NCBI GenBank assembly: GCA_963841615.1
Contig: CAWJDI010000001.1
Span: forward strand, 65,020 to 129,019
Direction: 5' to 3'
DNA: 64,000 nt
Source of the DNA: an uncultured Alphaproteobacteria bacterium
GTDB taxonomy: Bacteria > Pseudomonadota > Alphaproteobacteria > Rhizobiales > Rhizobiaceae
Shown in pieces: positions 1 to 10,817 of the stretch. The notes below the pieces were generated by a model. That model was given only the letters and a program-made list of their open reading frames with translations. It did no database searches and was not told the origin of the DNA. The position numbers were made by a program, and so were the translations under genes. Within the stretch, counting starts at the first letter, position 1; each line of letters opens with the position of its first letter.

Positions 1-1126
1 GATACGTGTCGCGGAAGTTCTGCACGTAGCGACCGGACAAAACGGCAGCGCCGGTGAGAACAGGCTCAATCGGGTTCTGCCCACCCTGCGCCGCGCTCTC
101 GTTGCGGCTGGTCGTGTTGCCAAGCGAGCGGCCAAGCAAGGCGATGTCGGCGAGTTGCAGGAACAACCCGGTCTCGCCAATCGTGTCAGCCAGATAAACG
201 GATGTGCCCGGTGTGATATCGCTGCCGGAGGAGCGCCGCACGTAGGACAGGCCTGCCGCGTCCAGCACCGCGCCCACTTCGTCGGCCCTTTGAGGATGGC
301 GGGGGGCGAGAATGGTCAGGGTGTCAGGTCTGTGTTCGGCCAACAAATTGTGGGTCTGGGCGACAACGCTTTCCTCATCCGCATGGGTGGACAGGGCCAG
401 CCATGAGGGCCGTCCGCCGATCTGCGCTTTGAGCCGCGCAGCCTCCTCCGCTTGGAAGACGGGCGGTGCGGCATCAAGTTTCAGATTGCCGACATCGACA
501 ACGCGCGGTGCGCCAAGGTGTCGGAAACGTTGTGCATCGAGCGAGGACTGCGCAGTGACGATGGCCAGTTTTCCGAAAATCCGCCGCGCCAGTTCCGGCC
601 GTTTGCGCCAGCGCTTGTCGGAACGGTCGGACATACGGGCGTTGACCAGAAATTGAGGTATCTGACGCGCGTGCAGTTCGGCAATCGTGGTCGGCCACAA
701 TTCGGATTCGGCAAAGATGGCGAGGTCCGGCTTCCAGTAGTCGATGAACCGCGCCACCGCCTTGGGCAGATCGAGCGGCACGTATTGGTGCAGCGTCATC
801 GGCCCGAGACGGCCTTTCAGCATCTCGGCCGATGTGACAGTTCCGGTGGTCACAACGAGATTAATGCCGCTCTCCTCAAGCCGTTTGACCAAGGGCAGTA
901 TCGCCAGCGATTCACCCACGCTGGCCGCGTGGAGCCAGATGACCGGGCCTTCCGGGCGAACGTAGCTGGCGTAGCCATAGCGCTCGTAGCGCCGCTCGCT
1001 GTCCTCCTTACCGCGCTTGGCGCGACGGCGCAGCAAGATGCCCGCGAACGGGTAAACCGCCGAGCCAAACAGGCGATAGGCGCGCAGGGCCGTCGCGGCG
1101 GCAAGGGATCGGGGCCAGCCGCTCAT
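1..1126 (-). CDS. Probable long minus-strand CDS running off the window start; product uncertain
   Basis: The long plus-strand ORF 452-1210 reads like an antisense shadow. The reverse complement of about 1126 downward gives MSGWPRSLAAATALRAYRLFGSAVYPFAGILLRRRAKRGKEDSERRYERYGYAS...GPVIWLHAASVGESLAILPLVKRLEESGINLVVTTGTVTSAEMLKGRLGPMTLHQYVPLDLPKAVARFIDYWKPDLAIFAESELWP. This matches the N-terminal domain of 3-deoxy-D-manno-octulosonic acid (Kdo) transferase (HAASVGE motif). The ORF is not in the supplied track; I translated it by hand. Confidence 0.75.
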   Translation of the reverse strand, partial: MSGWPRSLAAATALRAYRLFGSAVYPFAGILLRRRAKRGKEDSERRYERYGYASYVRPEGPVIWLHAASVGESLAILPLVKRLEESGINLVVTTGTVTSAEMLKGRLGPMTLHQYVPLDLPKAVARFIDYWKPDLAIFAESELWPTTIAELHARQIPQFLVNARMSDRSDKRWRKRPELARRIFGKLAIVTAQSSLDAQRFRHLGAPRVVDVGNLKLDAAPPVFQAEEAARLKAQIGGRPSWLALSTHADEESVVAQTHNLLAEHRPDTLTILAPRHPQRADEVGAVLDAAGLSYVRRSSGSDITPGTSVYLADTIGETGLFLQLADIALLGRSLGNTTSRNESAAQGGQNPIEPVLTGAAVLSGRYVQNFRDTY

Positions 1127-1173
1127 CGTATCTCGCGGGTTGAAGCAATCATCGCACCGTCATGGGACGGGAT

Positions 1174-1410
1174 TCAGGCATTTTCCGGTTCGAGCAACTT
1201 GTGCATGTGAACGATGAAATACCGCATGTGCGCGTTATCGACCGTCGATTGGGCTTTGGCTTTCCACGCCGCACGGGCGGATTTGTAGTCGGGAAAGATG
1301 CCGACCACATCCAGCGCGTCCAGATCGCGGAAGCTTATGCCTTTCAGGCTTTCCAGTTCACCACCGAAAACGAGGTGCAGCAGTTGTTTGGATTCCGTTT
1401 CGATCGCCAT
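1174..1410 (-). CDS. DUF4170 domain small protein
   Basis: ORF 1174-1449; the likely start is the internal Met at about 1410. The sequence LLHLVFGGEL...LDVVGIFPDYKSARAAWKAKAQSTVDNAHMRYFIVH is typical of this alphaproteobacterial family. Confidence 0.7.
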   Translation of the reverse strand: MAIETESKQLLHLVFGGELESLKGISFRDLDALDVVGIFPDYKSARAAWKAKAQSTVDNAHMRYFIVHMHKLLEPENA

Positions 1411-1482
1411 ATCGGGTGTCCCTTCGTGCAAAGTTCGTGCTGCGCTCATCCCATATGTTGGGCGGCAAGGACAAGCATTTCC

Positions 1483-2241
1483 TCATGGGCAGAGGCTGAC
1501 AGATGCGATGAGATGGGGATGGCTGGTCTGCTGCTGGTTATAGATCGGCACCGCACCGTCCAGCGTCGTCAACCGACCGCCCGCCTCGTGCAGGATGAGA
1601 TCGGCGGCTACGAGATCCCAGTCTTTCGGGCCGGACCGTGCCAGTCCGAGATCGACGCGACCGGCTGCGACCATCGCGATGCGGTAGGCGAGAGATGGCA
1701 CGTAGGGCACCCGCTCGACCTTGCCATCGAGCGCTTTCAGCAGGCTTGTCTGCAAACCGCGCGGGCCGGTGACCCGCAGCATCTCCGGCGGCTCGACACA
1801 TGCTAGAGCCTGCCCTTCCAGCCATGCGCCGCTCCCGGTGGCGGCCGTGTAGGTCTCGCCCAAAGCAGGACAGAACAGCACGCCCGCAATCGGTCGGCCT
1901 GCTTCTACTATGCCGATGGACACACACCATTGTTTACTGCCCGCGAGAAACCCACGCGTGCCGTCGATGGGGTCGACCACGAAAGTACGGGTGCGTCCGA
2001 TGCGTCCAGCTTCGTCGTCGGCGGTTTCTTCCGAAAGCCAGCCGTAGTCCGGGCGCACGGCGAGCAACTCCTGTTTCAGGAATGTATCGACGGCGAAATC
2101 CGCTTCGCTGACGGGAGACTGCCCCTCCTTCATCCACACCTTCGGGTCATCGCCGAAATAGTCCATCGCAATCGCCCCGCCCCGCGTGGCGAGACCGGTG
2201 ATGAGGGCGAGGTCGTCCTGCACGCCGCTATCGTCCTGCAA
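1483..2241 (-). CDS. Inositol monophosphatase family / 3'(2'),5'-bisphosphate nucleotidase CysQ-like protein
   Basis: Motifs SPVSEAD, WLSEE, FVVDPIDGT and WDLVAADLILHEAGG. Confidence 0.85.
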   Translation of the reverse strand: MQDDSGVQDDLALITGLATRGGAIAMDYFGDDPKVWMKEGQSPVSEADFAVDTFLKQELLAVRPDYGWLSEETADDEAGRIGRTRTFVVDPIDGTRGFLAGSKQWCVSIGIVEAGRPIAGVLFCPALGETYTAATGSGAWLEGQALACVEPPEMLRVTGPRGLQTSLLKALDGKVERVPYVPSLAYRIAMVAAGRVDLGLARSGPKDWDLVAADLILHEAGGRLTTLDGAVPIYNQQQTSHPHLIASVSLCP

Positions 2242-3571
2242 CGGTCATGCCTTCGATCAGCAGCGTCGGCGCGCAGGTGGAGAAGCCGGTTTCAAGGTCG
2301 CTCGCCGGTTCCATGCGGGCGATCATGTCCGTCAGCCGGCCTGCGATGGTGACTTCGGAAACGGCGAAGGTGGTCTCGCCGTTCTCGATCCAGAAACCGG
2401 ATGCGCCGCGCGAGTATGTGCCGGTGACGAGGTTGGCCCCCTGCCCGATCATCTCGGTCACGTAGAAACCGGTTGGCAGCGCTGCGATCATCTCTTCCGG
2501 CGAACGCGCGCCGGGATGCAACGTGAGGTTGGTGGAGGACGGGCTAGTGCCAGACCCTGCCCGTGTGGCGCGGCCGTTGGTTTCCAAGCCCAATTCGCGC
2601 GCCGTGGCGCTGTCCAGAACCCATGTTGCGAGCCTGCCGTTCTTGACGAGATCATACGCCTCGCCCGCCACACCCTCCCCATCGAACGGGCGGCTGGATT
2701 GGCCGCGCTTGATGAACGGGTCATCGGTGATCGTAATCGTTTCCGGCGTAATCAGCTCCCCCAGCCGGTCGAGCAGATAGGACGTTCCGCGCGCTATCAT
2801 CGCACCGTTTGCGGCTCCTGTAATGTGCCCCACAAATCCCCGCGCTATGCGGGGGGACAGGATGACCGGCACGGACTGGGTTTCCACCTGACGCGGCTTC
2901 AGTTTGGCAACCGTGCGCTCCCCTGCCAGCCGCCCGATGGAAGCCGGGTCGCGTAAATCCTCGGCATAGCGTTGGGAGTCGAAATCGTAGTCGCGCTGCA
3001 TGCCCGTCCCGGTGCCGGCAACGGCGGAGACGGACAATGAGAACCGGCTGGTGCGATATGCACCGCTGAAGCCCGCACTGGTGACCAGCACGACACCACC
3101 CTGCCCGTAACCGTAAGACGCGCCAGAGCTTTGCTCAACGCCATCGACGGCCAGCGCCGCCGCCTCGCAGGCCAGTGCCGCCTCGCGCATGTCGGTCTGG
3201 CTCGGCTCGTTATTGTCGAACAGATCAAGGTCGCGGATTTCGGTCGCAAAACGGTCGGAAGGAGCAAGGCCTGCAAACTTATCCGGCGGCGAAACCCGCG
3301 CCATCGACACGGCTCGCTCTGCAAGCGATGCGATGTCGTCGGCACGGTTGGCGTTAATACTGGCGGAGCGGTCGCCAACGAACACGCGCAGGGTGAAACC
3401 GGCATTCTCCGCACTTTCGGTGTCCTCCACTTGCCCGTCGCGCACCTGCACACCGGACGAACGGCTGGCGGAAACGACCGCATCACCGGCATCGGCACCG
3501 GCTTTCACCGCGGCGTCGACCAACGCAGCGGCTCTGTCCTGCAGAGTATCGAGGTCGAAAACCTGGGTCAT
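2228..3571 (-). CDS. pmbA: TldD/PmbA family metalloprotease subunit PmbA
   Basis: 447 aa. Motifs SSRPFDGEG, GQGANLVTGTYSRGASGFWIENGE and VSEVTIAG. Confidence 0.9.
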   Translation of the reverse strand: MTQVFDLDTLQDRAAALVDAAVKAGADAGDAVVSASRSSGVQVRDGQVEDTESAENAGFTLRVFVGDRSASINANRADDIASLAERAVSMARVSPPDKFAGLAPSDRFATEIRDLDLFDNNEPSQTDMREAALACEAAALAVDGVEQSSGASYGYGQGGVVLVTSAGFSGAYRTSRFSLSVSAVAGTGTGMQRDYDFDSQRYAEDLRDPASIGRLAGERTVAKLKPRQVETQSVPVILSPRIARGFVGHITGAANGAMIARGTSYLLDRLGELITPETITITDDPFIKRGQSSRPFDGEGVAGEAYDLVKNGRLATWVLDSATARELGLETNGRATRAGSGTSPSSTNLTLHPGARSPEEMIAALPTGFYVTEMIGQGANLVTGTYSRGASGFWIENGETTFAVSEVTIAGRLTDMIARMEPASDLETGFSTCAPTLLIEGMTVAGR

Positions 3572-3727
3572 GTGGTTTGCTGATTGGGAGACGGTGTTGC
3601 GTGTTTCCTATGGTCTTGTCCGCATCGCCACAAGGGACGCTTGCATCATGCGCCGCCCCGCCACACTGTCGCTGCATGTCGCTCGAATCCCAGTGTTATT
3701 GTCATGGCTGACCCCGCCGGACCATCG

Positions 3728-5521
3728 ATGGTCTTTGTGGAAGCCGTCGTTCTGTTGGGCGGCGCGACCATTGCCGCACCCCTGTTTAAGAAAATCGGCC
3801 TCGGCACAGTGTTGGGCTACCTGTTTCTCGGCCTGCTGCTTGGCCCTATCATGCAGTTCGTTGGGCGCGGCGAGGGGGAGGACGTGCTGCATGTGGCCGA
3901 ACTGGGCGTGGTGCTGCTGCTGTTCATCGTCGGGCTGGAGCTGAAACCCGCACGCCTTTGGGAAATGCGGACGGAAATCTTTGGATTGGGCGGTTCGCAG
4001 GTTCTGCTGTCCGGGCTGCTTATCGGAGCGTTGGCATGGTGGCTGCGGTTCGAATGGGCAGCTGCCCTTGCCGTCGGGTTCGGGCTTGCGCTTTCGTCCA
4101 CCGCATTCGCGTTGCAACTGATGGAGGAGCGCGGCGAAAGCGGCACGACCTACGGCAAGCGGGCATTCTCGATCCTGCTGTTTCAGGATCTCGCCATTGC
4201 GCCGCTTCTCATCGCCGTGCCTCTGCTGGCGGCTGGCAGCATGGAAATTACCGGCGCGGGCATGGTCCAGGTCGGCATAGCCGTCGCCTGCGTCGTGGCG
4301 CTCATCCTGATCGGGCGTTATGCACTGAACCCGCTGTTCAACATCATCGCCGACACCGGCGCGCGGGAAGCGATGATCGTGGCGGCTTTGTTCGTCGTCA
4401 TAGGCTCCGCCGTGCTGATGCAATTTGCCGGACTTTCCATGGCGATGGGGGCATTCATCGCCGGTGTCATGCTGGCGGAGTCGCGTTACCGGCACGAATT
4501 GGAGGCCGACATCGAGCCATTCCGTGGCGTGTTGCTGGGGCTGTTCTTCGTGGCTGTCGGGCTGTCGGTCGATCTCGGTGTGGTGCTGGAAAACTTCTGG
4601 CTCATCATCGCCGTTGTGCCGGTAACCATGATCGTGAAGGCGGTGGTTCTCTACTGGCTTTCGCGGGCTTTCGGCTCCGACCATAATGACGCGGCCCGCA
4701 TTTCCGGCGTGTTGCCGCAGCACGGCGAGTTCGGCTTCGTGCTGTTCACGGCGGCCACGTCGGCCGCGTTGCTGGACAGCGAAAACGCTTCCATCCTCAT
4801 CGCCTGCACGACCCTGTCCATGATGGCGACACCGCTGTCGGTTTTCATCTCGACCAAACTACAAACCGGATCCGGTGAAGCGGAACAGATGGACGAGGAT
4901 TTCGACGGCGCGGGTTCCGACGTGCTGATGATCGGCTTTTCCCGCATGGGGCAGATCACCTCGCAGGTGCTGCTGGCCGGCGGCAACGATGTGACCGTGC
5001 TGGACAATTCCGCCGACCGGATGCGGCAGGCGGAGCGGTTCGGGTTCCGCATCTATTTCGGCGACGGCACCCGCAAGGATGTGCTGCGCGCCGCCGGTAT
5101 AGAACGGGCCAAGCTGGTGGCCGTTTGCACCCAAGACAAAGACACGACGGACAAGATCGTCGATCTTATCCATCACGAATATCCGGACGTGCAGATCTAT
5201 GTTCGCAGCTACGACCGCGGTCATGCGCTGGAATTGCTGGCGCGGGAGCGGGTCTGGCAAATCCGCGAAACCTTCGAAAGCGCGCTCGTAATGGGCGGCG
5301 CGTTGCTTCAGGCGAGCGGATGCAGCGAAGAGGACGCCGCACGCATCGTCGCCGACGTTCGCAGGCGCGACAAGGATCGTCTCAACGAGCAGCTGAAGGA
5401 TGGCTTGACCGCAGGCCGCCAGCACCTCCACTTCGAGCCCGTGCCGGAACCGCTCGACAACGTCGAACGCCACGAACACCACGAGAAACCAGGCACCCAG
5501 CCCACGAAAGCCGCCAAATAG
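3728..5521 (+). CDS. Monovalent cation:proton antiporter-2 (KefB/KefC-type K+ efflux) with C-terminal KTN/TrkA-N domain
   Basis: Hydrophobic CPA2 domain ([43 protein letters not shown]) followed by a Rossmann-like domain ([23 protein letters not shown]). The start is placed at MVFVEAVV (3728) or slightly upstream. Confidence 0.85.
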   Translation: MVFVEAVVLLGGATIAAPLFKKIGLGTVLGYLFLGLLLGPIMQFVGRGEGEDVLHVAELGVVLLLFIVGLELKPARLWEMRTEIFGLGGSQVLLSGLLIGALAWWLRFEWAAALAVGFGLALSSTAFALQLMEERGESGTTYGKRAFSILLFQDLAIAPLLIAVPLLAAGSMEITGAGMVQVGIAVACVVALILIGRYALNPLFNIIADTGAREAMIVAALFVVIGSAVLMQFAGLSMAMGAFIAGVMLAESRYRHELEADIEPFRGVLLGLFFVAVGLSVDLGVVLENFWLIIAVVPVTMIVKAVVLYWLSRAFGSDHNDAARISGVLPQHGEFGFVLFTAATSAALLDSENASILIACTTLSMMATPLSVFISTKLQTGSGEAEQMDEDFDGAGSDVLMIGFSRMGQITSQVLLAGGNDVTVLDNSADRMRQAERFGFRIYFGDGTRKDVLRAAGIERAKLVAVCTQDKDTTDKIVDLIHHEYPDVQIYVRSYDRGHALELLARERVWQIRETFESALVMGGALLQASGCSEEDAARIVADVRRRDKDRLNEQLKDGLTAGRQHLHFEPVPEPLDNVERHEHHEKPGTQPTKAAK

Positions 5522-5529
5522 GAAACTCC

Positions 5530-5958
5530 ATGTCCGACATCACCCCGTTCCACCTCGCCTTTCCCGTCCACGACCTCGAAGCCGCGCGGGATTTTTACAC
5601 CAACGGCCTCGGCTGCGGCACGGGGCGCGAGAGCGACCACTGGATCGACTTCGACCTGCATGGTCACCAGATCGTCGCCCACCACAAGGACGGTATGGAA
5701 ACCGGTATCGAGACGACGAACGCTGTCGATGGCGACGCCGTGCCGGTGCCCCATTTCGGGGTCGTGTTGCGAATGGAAGACTGGCAGGCCATGAGCGAGC
5801 GGCTGCTGGCGCGGGACGACACGCGCTGGGTGATCCGTCCGAAAATACGGTTCAAGGGTGAACCGGGGGAGCAGGCCACGTTCTTCCTGCTCGACCCGTC
5901 CGGCAACGCGCTGGAGTTCAAGGCATTTGCAGACATGGGGTCGTTGTTTGCCAAGTAG
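5530..5958 (+). CDS. VOC/glyoxalase family protein
   Basis: [23 protein letters not shown]...[14 protein letters not shown]...PHFGVVL...[24 protein letters not shown]-like ggaaac upstream of the ATG at 5530. Confidence 0.85.
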   Translation: MSDITPFHLAFPVHDLEAARDFYTNGLGCGTGRESDHWIDFDLHGHQIVAHHKDGMETGIETTNAVDGDAVPVPHFGVVLRMEDWQAMSERLLARDDTRWVIRPKIRFKGEPGEQATFFLLDPSGNALEFKAFADMGSLFAK

Positions 5959-5967
5959 GCCTGCCTG

Positions 5968-7413
5968 ATGGCCATTGCCAAGAAAGACCCCGATAAGGCC
6001 GTCTTCCTAACCGGCTCCACCATGCGCCATGTGGTGGTGATGACGGCCACGTCGTCCGTGGGTCTCGTGTCGGTGTTTTTCGTGGACGCGATCAACCTGT
6101 TCTACATCGCCCTGCTCGGACAACAGGAACTGGCGGCTGCCATCGGTTACGCTGCGACGATCATGTTCTTCTCGATCTCGATCAATATCGGGCTGTCCAT
6201 TGCAACATCCGCCATGGTCGGGCGGGCGCTCGGTGCGGGCGATCCGGAGGGGGCGAGGCGGCTGGCAACCTCTTCCGTCATCATTCTGGTGTCCACCGCA
6301 GTTGCTCTCGCCGTATTCCTATATTTCACGGTCGGTTTCTTCCTGCATCTGTTGGGCGCGCGGGGCGAAACGCTGCGCCTTGCCGTAGACTTCATGCATA
6401 TCGTCGTGCCGTCTATCCCCTTGCTCGGCTTTGTGATGTGCGCCGGGGCCTTGCTGCGTGCGAAAGGCGATCCGAAGCGGGCGATGTATGTCACCCTAAC
6501 CGGCGGCGCGGCAGCGCTCGTGCTGGACCCAATCCTCATATTCGGCCTCGATATGGGCCTGACCGGTGCTGCCGTCTCCACCTTTGTCGTGCGCGCAATC
6601 ATGGCCCTCGTCGGCTATTGGGCGGTCGTGCGGGTCCACGACATGCTCGGACCGTTCGAGGGGCAAAAGAGCCTCGAAGCTGCTCGGCCTTTCATGGTGA
6701 TCGCTATTCCCGCCGTCGCCACGCAGCTCGCCACGCCCGTGGGCAATGCCTACGTGACCGAAGCGGTGGCCGGTTTCGGCGACGATGCGGTGGCGGGCTG
6801 GGCTATCGTCGGGCGGCTCATGCCGGTGGCCTTCGGCACCATCTTCGCCCTGTCGGGTGCAGTCGGGCCGATCCTGAGCCAGAACTACGGCGCCCGGCAG
6901 TTCGACCGTGTAAACAGCGCCATGCGCGATGCGCTCATCTTCACCACGATTTACTGCCTGTCGGCGTGGGCCGTGCTGGCGCTGCTTTCCGGTGAGATCG
7001 TCGCTCTTTTTGGGGCGACCGGAGACGCGGCGCTTGTCATCCGCACGTTCTGCCTGTTCGTGGCGGCGTCGTTCCTGTTCAACGGCGCGCTGTTTGTGGC
7101 CAATGCGGCCTTTAACAATCTCGGCTTTCCGGTCTATGCGACCGTGTTCAACTGGGGTCGCGCAACGCTCGGCATCATCCCCTTCGTGTGGCTCGGCCAG
7201 CGGCTCGGAGGCGCGGAGGGTGTGCTGATCGGCTGGGGATTGGGCGCGGTGGTATTCGGCATCGGTGCCGTCATCGTCGCCTTCCGCGTTATCAACTCCC
7301 TGCCCGCCCGTGCCGCAAAAGAGGACGCGCAGGAGGCGGAGCGCAAGCCTGTCTATCCGGCGTCGCAATCCGCCTTTACGAGCGGCAAGGGCGCGAGCGT
7401 CGGGCTGGACTAA
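5968..7413 (+). CDS. MATE family efflux transporter
   Basis: About 12 hydrophobic segments; motifs LRAKGDPKRAMYV, LVLDPILIFG and SQNYGARQFDRV. Confidence 0.85.
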   Translation: MAIAKKDPDKAVFLTGSTMRHVVVMTATSSVGLVSVFFVDAINLFYIALLGQQELAAAIGYAATIMFFSISINIGLSIATSAMVGRALGAGDPEGARRLATSSVIILVSTAVALAVFLYFTVGFFLHLLGARGETLRLAVDFMHIVVPSIPLLGFVMCAGALLRAKGDPKRAMYVTLTGGAAALVLDPILIFGLDMGLTGAAVSTFVVRAIMALVGYWAVVRVHDMLGPFEGQKSLEAARPFMVIAIPAVATQLATPVGNAYVTEAVAGFGDDAVAGWAIVGRLMPVAFGTIFALSGAVGPILSQNYGARQFDRVNSAMRDALIFTTIYCLSAWAVLALLSGEIVALFGATGDAALVIRTFCLFVAASFLFNGALFVANAAFNNLGFPVYATVFNWGRATLGIIPFVWLGQRLGGAEGVLIGWGLGAVVFGIGAVIVAFRVINSLPARAAKEDAQEAERKPVYPASQSAFTSGKGASVGLD

Positions 7414-8726
7414 TTCGCCGCTGCTTCCAGCGGCCGCCCGACGGTGACGACGGACGGATCGGCGGTGAGCAGTTCCTTTGCCATCCGCTTTACATCGTCC
7501 AGCGTCACGTCAGCCACGTAACCGGCGCGCCGGTCCATATAGTCGATGCCGAGGTCGCTTTCCTGAATGGCAACGAGCACGGAGGCGATCTTGGACGATG
7601 TGTCGAGGTTCGAGATTGCGTAGGAGCCGGTGATGTAGGCCTTGGCGTTGTCGAGTTCCTCCTGCGTCGGCCCATCGTCGGCCATACGCTTCACCTCGGC
7701 CAAAATAATATCGACCGTTTGTTGCGCCCTGTCGGCCTGTGTGGCTGACCCGCCGCCGAGCAGGCCGGAATGATCGTTCAGGGACAGATATGTGCCCACA
7801 CCATAGGCCAGCCCGCGCTTTTCGCGCACTTCGTCATAAAGGCGCGAGGAGAACGAACCGCCGCCCAAGACATAGTTCATCAGGTAGGCGGCGAAAAAGT
7901 CCTCGTCGTCCCGCTTGATGCCGGGCAGTGCCAGGGTGATCGACGTTTGCGGTGTATCCAGTTCGATGTGCCGATCCTCGCCAGTCTCCACCGTGATGTC
8001 CGGCACCGGCGTCAGCTGCGCCTTTTCTGGCAGGTCGCCGAATACGGTGTCGAGCATGTCGATCAGGTCTTCCGGCGCGATCGCACCAACGACGCCGATG
8101 ATGAGATTGTCACGGGCAAACACGCGCTTATGGTAGGACTTCAGATCGTCCGGTTGCAGGGTGGCCACAGTTTCCAGCGTGCCGGATGACGGGCGCCCAT
8201 AAGGATGGTCACCATACACCAACTCGCGCATAGCCTTGCCCGCGATGGCGTTCGGGTCGGTTTCCTGCTGGCGCAGATTGTTCGACAGCGACGCTTTCAT
8301 GCGCTCCGTCGGCTCGGTATCGAAACGCGGTTCGACGAGCATCTTGCGGAGCAGGTCGAAGCCTTCGGCGCTGTCGTCCACGATGGTCTGGGCAGAGCCG
8401 GAAAACGTGTCCTGCCCGGCGTTGAACGAATAGTTCAACCCGGCGTCGTCCAGCGCTTCCTGCAGCTGCTGGCTTGAAAGGTCGGCGGCGCCTTCGTCCA
8501 GCATCGTGGCCATAAGCTCGGCGGTGCCTTCCTTGCCGGTCGCGTCCTGCGTCGCTCCACCTTTGAACGTGAAGGACATGGCGATGAGGGGCACGGTGTA
8601 ATCCTCAACCAACAGCGCGGTGATGCCCTGTTTGCTGGTGACTTTCTGAATATCCACGGCCAACACGCCGGTGGCAGATAGCGAGAGCGCGATGAAAGCG
8701 GCGGAGGCTGTTTTCAAAAAGGTCAT
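7410..8726 (-). CDS. M16 family zinc peptidase, non-catalytic-type subunit with signal peptide
   Basis: Motifs LLVEDYTVPLI, GTAELMATMLDEG, NYVLGGGSFSSRLYDEVREKRGLAYGV. No HxxEH motif. Confidence 0.85.
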   Translation of the reverse strand: MTFLKTASAAFIALSLSATGVLAVDIQKVTSKQGITALLVEDYTVPLIAMSFTFKGGATQDATGKEGTAELMATMLDEGAADLSSQQLQEALDDAGLNYSFNAGQDTFSGSAQTIVDDSAEGFDLLRKMLVEPRFDTEPTERMKASLSNNLRQQETDPNAIAGKAMRELVYGDHPYGRPSSGTLETVATLQPDDLKSYHKRVFARDNLIIGVVGAIAPEDLIDMLDTVFGDLPEKAQLTPVPDITVETGEDRHIELDTPQTSITLALPGIKRDDEDFFAAYLMNYVLGGGSFSSRLYDEVREKRGLAYGVGTYLSLNDHSGLLGGGSATQADRAQQTVDIILAEVKRMADDGPTQEELDNAKAYITGSYAISNLDTSSKIASVLVAIQESDLGIDYMDRRAGYVADVTLDDVKRMAKELLTADPSVVTVGRPLEAAAN

Positions 8727-8730
8727 TGGT

Positions 8731-10134
8731 TCAGCCTTCTTTCTCGGTGTTTGGTTCAGCCGTGGTTTCCGGCGCAGGTTCCGGCAGCAGATTGCCGGTC
8801 ACGGAGCGGACTTTTTGCAAATAGGTGCGAGCGGCGTCCTGCACGGCTTTCGGCGTTACGGCGGCAATCCGGTCCGGCCATTGCTGCACATCTTCAATGG
8901 TGAGACCGGAGGCAAGCGAGGCACCGTAGATGCGGGCCAGCGTCGACTGGCTGTCGCGGGCGAAGATGGCGGAACGTTTCAGCCGTTTCACAGCGCGGTC
9001 GATTTCCGCCTGCGTCACGCCGTTTGCGATGACATCCTCGATAGCCTTGTCGGTCGCAGCTTCGAGATCGGACAGCGTGGCGTCGCCACGAGGGGTGGCA
9101 TACACTCCGAACTCGGTGTCATCGAGCGAACCACCTTGATAGTAGGCACCTGCGCCGGTGGCTATTTCATCACCCAGCACGAGCGCGCGGTACAGGCGGC
9201 TGGTTGTGCCGCCACCCAGAATTTCGCTTAAAATTTCCAGCGCTTCCGCCTCGCCTTCCGTGGCATTGCCGTAGGAAGGCGCAAGATACAAGCGCTGGAA
9301 GACTGGCTGGCGCACGCGGGCGTCTGACAGGTCAACCCGCCTTGCAGCACGGGGTTCCGGCTCCAAGGGGCGCGCCCGGTCGCCCGGCTCGGCACGGCGT
9401 TCGACCTTGCCATATGTGGCCTCGGCAAGTGTCTTCACGTCGTCTGCATCCACATCACCAGCAACTACGAGAATTGCGTTGTTGGGGGTATAGAAGCGGT
9501 CATAGAAGAAAATGGCGTCTTCCTTCGTCAACGCATTCATTTCATGCCGCCAGCCGATGATCGGAATGCCGTAGGGGTGGTTCTGATAAAGCGCGGCATC
9601 CATCGCCTCGCGCAGCAGGGCACCGGGGTTATTCTCGGTGCGCTGGTTGCGCTCCTCATTGACCACATCGCGTTCGGCTAAAATCTTCTCCTGCTCGATG
9701 ACAAGATTCTCCATCCGGTCAGCTTCCAGCCGCATCATTTCGGGCAGAACTTCCGGCGTCACGCGCTGAAAGTAACCGGTGTAATCGTTGGAGGTGAAGG
9801 CGTTTTCGGACCCGCCAATGGCCGCGATGCGCTTGGAAAACTCGCCATCGGCGACGGTTTTCGTGCCCTTAAACATGAGGTGTTCGAGATAGTGGGCGAT
9901 GCCGGATTTGCCCGCGCGTTCGTCCGCCGCGCCGGCCTTGTACCACACCATATGGGTGACCACCGGCGCACGGCGGTCCGGTATAACAACGACCTGCATA
10001 CCGTTGTCGAGGGTAAAGGACGTTATGTCAGGTCCACTCTGTTCGCTCTTGGCCTTCTCGCTTTCGACCTTGACTTCAGCATGCGCCATGAACGGCAGGC
10101 AGAGGATGACGAGGACGGAGAAGATCAGTTTCAT
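8731..10134 (-). CDS. M16 family zinc peptidase, catalytic subunit
   Basis: HYLEH (HxxEH) motif in GKSGIAHYLEHLMFKGT, plus NAFTSNDYTGY. The likely start is MKLIFSVL at about 10134. Confidence 0.9.
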   Translation of the reverse strand: MKLIFSVLVILCLPFMAHAEVKVESEKAKSEQSGPDITSFTLDNGMQVVVIPDRRAPVVTHMVWYKAGAADERAGKSGIAHYLEHLMFKGTKTVADGEFSKRIAAIGGSENAFTSNDYTGYFQRVTPEVLPEMMRLEADRMENLVIEQEKILAERDVVNEERNQRTENNPGALLREAMDAALYQNHPYGIPIIGWRHEMNALTKEDAIFFYDRFYTPNNAILVVAGDVDADDVKTLAEATYGKVERRAEPGDRARPLEPEPRAARRVDLSDARVRQPVFQRLYLAPSYGNATEGEAEALEILSEILGGGTTSRLYRALVLGDEIATGAGAYYQGGSLDDTEFGVYATPRGDATLSDLEAATDKAIEDVIANGVTQAEIDRAVKRLKRSAIFARDSQSTLARIYGASLASGLTIEDVQQWPDRIAAVTPKAVQDAARTYLQKVRSVTGNLLPEPAPETTAEPNTEKEG

Positions 10135-10226
10135 CGTTAAATTTCCGGTGGGATCGGGGAGCGGTCTGTGCGTTTCTATATGGGTGCATTTCAGGCGCTT
10201 GCATGGCGGCGTGTCTGACAATTCTG

Positions 10227-10817
10227 TCATGTGGCCACGCCTGCGACATGACGGCGGAAAAAGCCGAAAGCAGTCTGGCCAACAATACGGTGATCGGTTC
10301 GCTCGAAACCCTCGATGACATCAGGCAGTACCACCGCCTGTTCCTCAAGCACCACCATGGCATTTGGCGCGAGCCAACCGGCGACGTTTAGCGCGGCGAG
10401 CGCCTGCTGACCCAAGCCCTGCCCGTATGGGGGATCGAGAAAGACAAGGTCATGCTGGGCAAGCGCGGTGCCGGGGGACAACGCGCTGCGTTTAAGAATC
10501 CGTGCGTTGTCGTCCAGCTTCAACGCGGTGATGTTGGATCGCAAAATACGAATGGCGGTCGGGTCGTTATCGATGAACGTGACCGTTTCGGCACCCCGTG
10601 ACAGCGCCTCGCAGCCCAGCGCACCGGTGCCTGCAAAAACATCCAGCACGTGCGCATCGGTCAAGCGATTCTGGTGGTATAAAATGTTGAACAGGGTTTC
10701 CCGCGCCCGGTCGGTCGTCGGCCGGACAGAGCGGTCGTCCGGTTCGACCAACCGCCTCCCGCGCAGGCTACCGCCGACGATCCGCACGGGGCTTTCCGCC
10801 TTTTTTGCCCGGCCCAC
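10227..10817 (-). CDS. rsmD: 16S rRNA m2G966 methyltransferase RsmD
   Basis: Motifs RIVGGSLRGRRL, RPTTDRARETLFNIL, LDVFAGTGALGCEALSRGA and FLDPPY. Confidence 0.9.
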   Translation of the reverse strand: MGRAKKAESPVRIVGGSLRGRRLVEPDDRSVRPTTDRARETLFNILYHQNRLTDAHVLDVFAGTGALGCEALSRGAETVTFIDNDPTAIRILRSNITALKLDDNARILKRSALSPGTALAQHDLVFLDPPYGQGLGQQALAALNVAGWLAPNAMVVLEEQAVVLPDVIEGFERTDHRIVGQTAFGFFRRHVAGVAT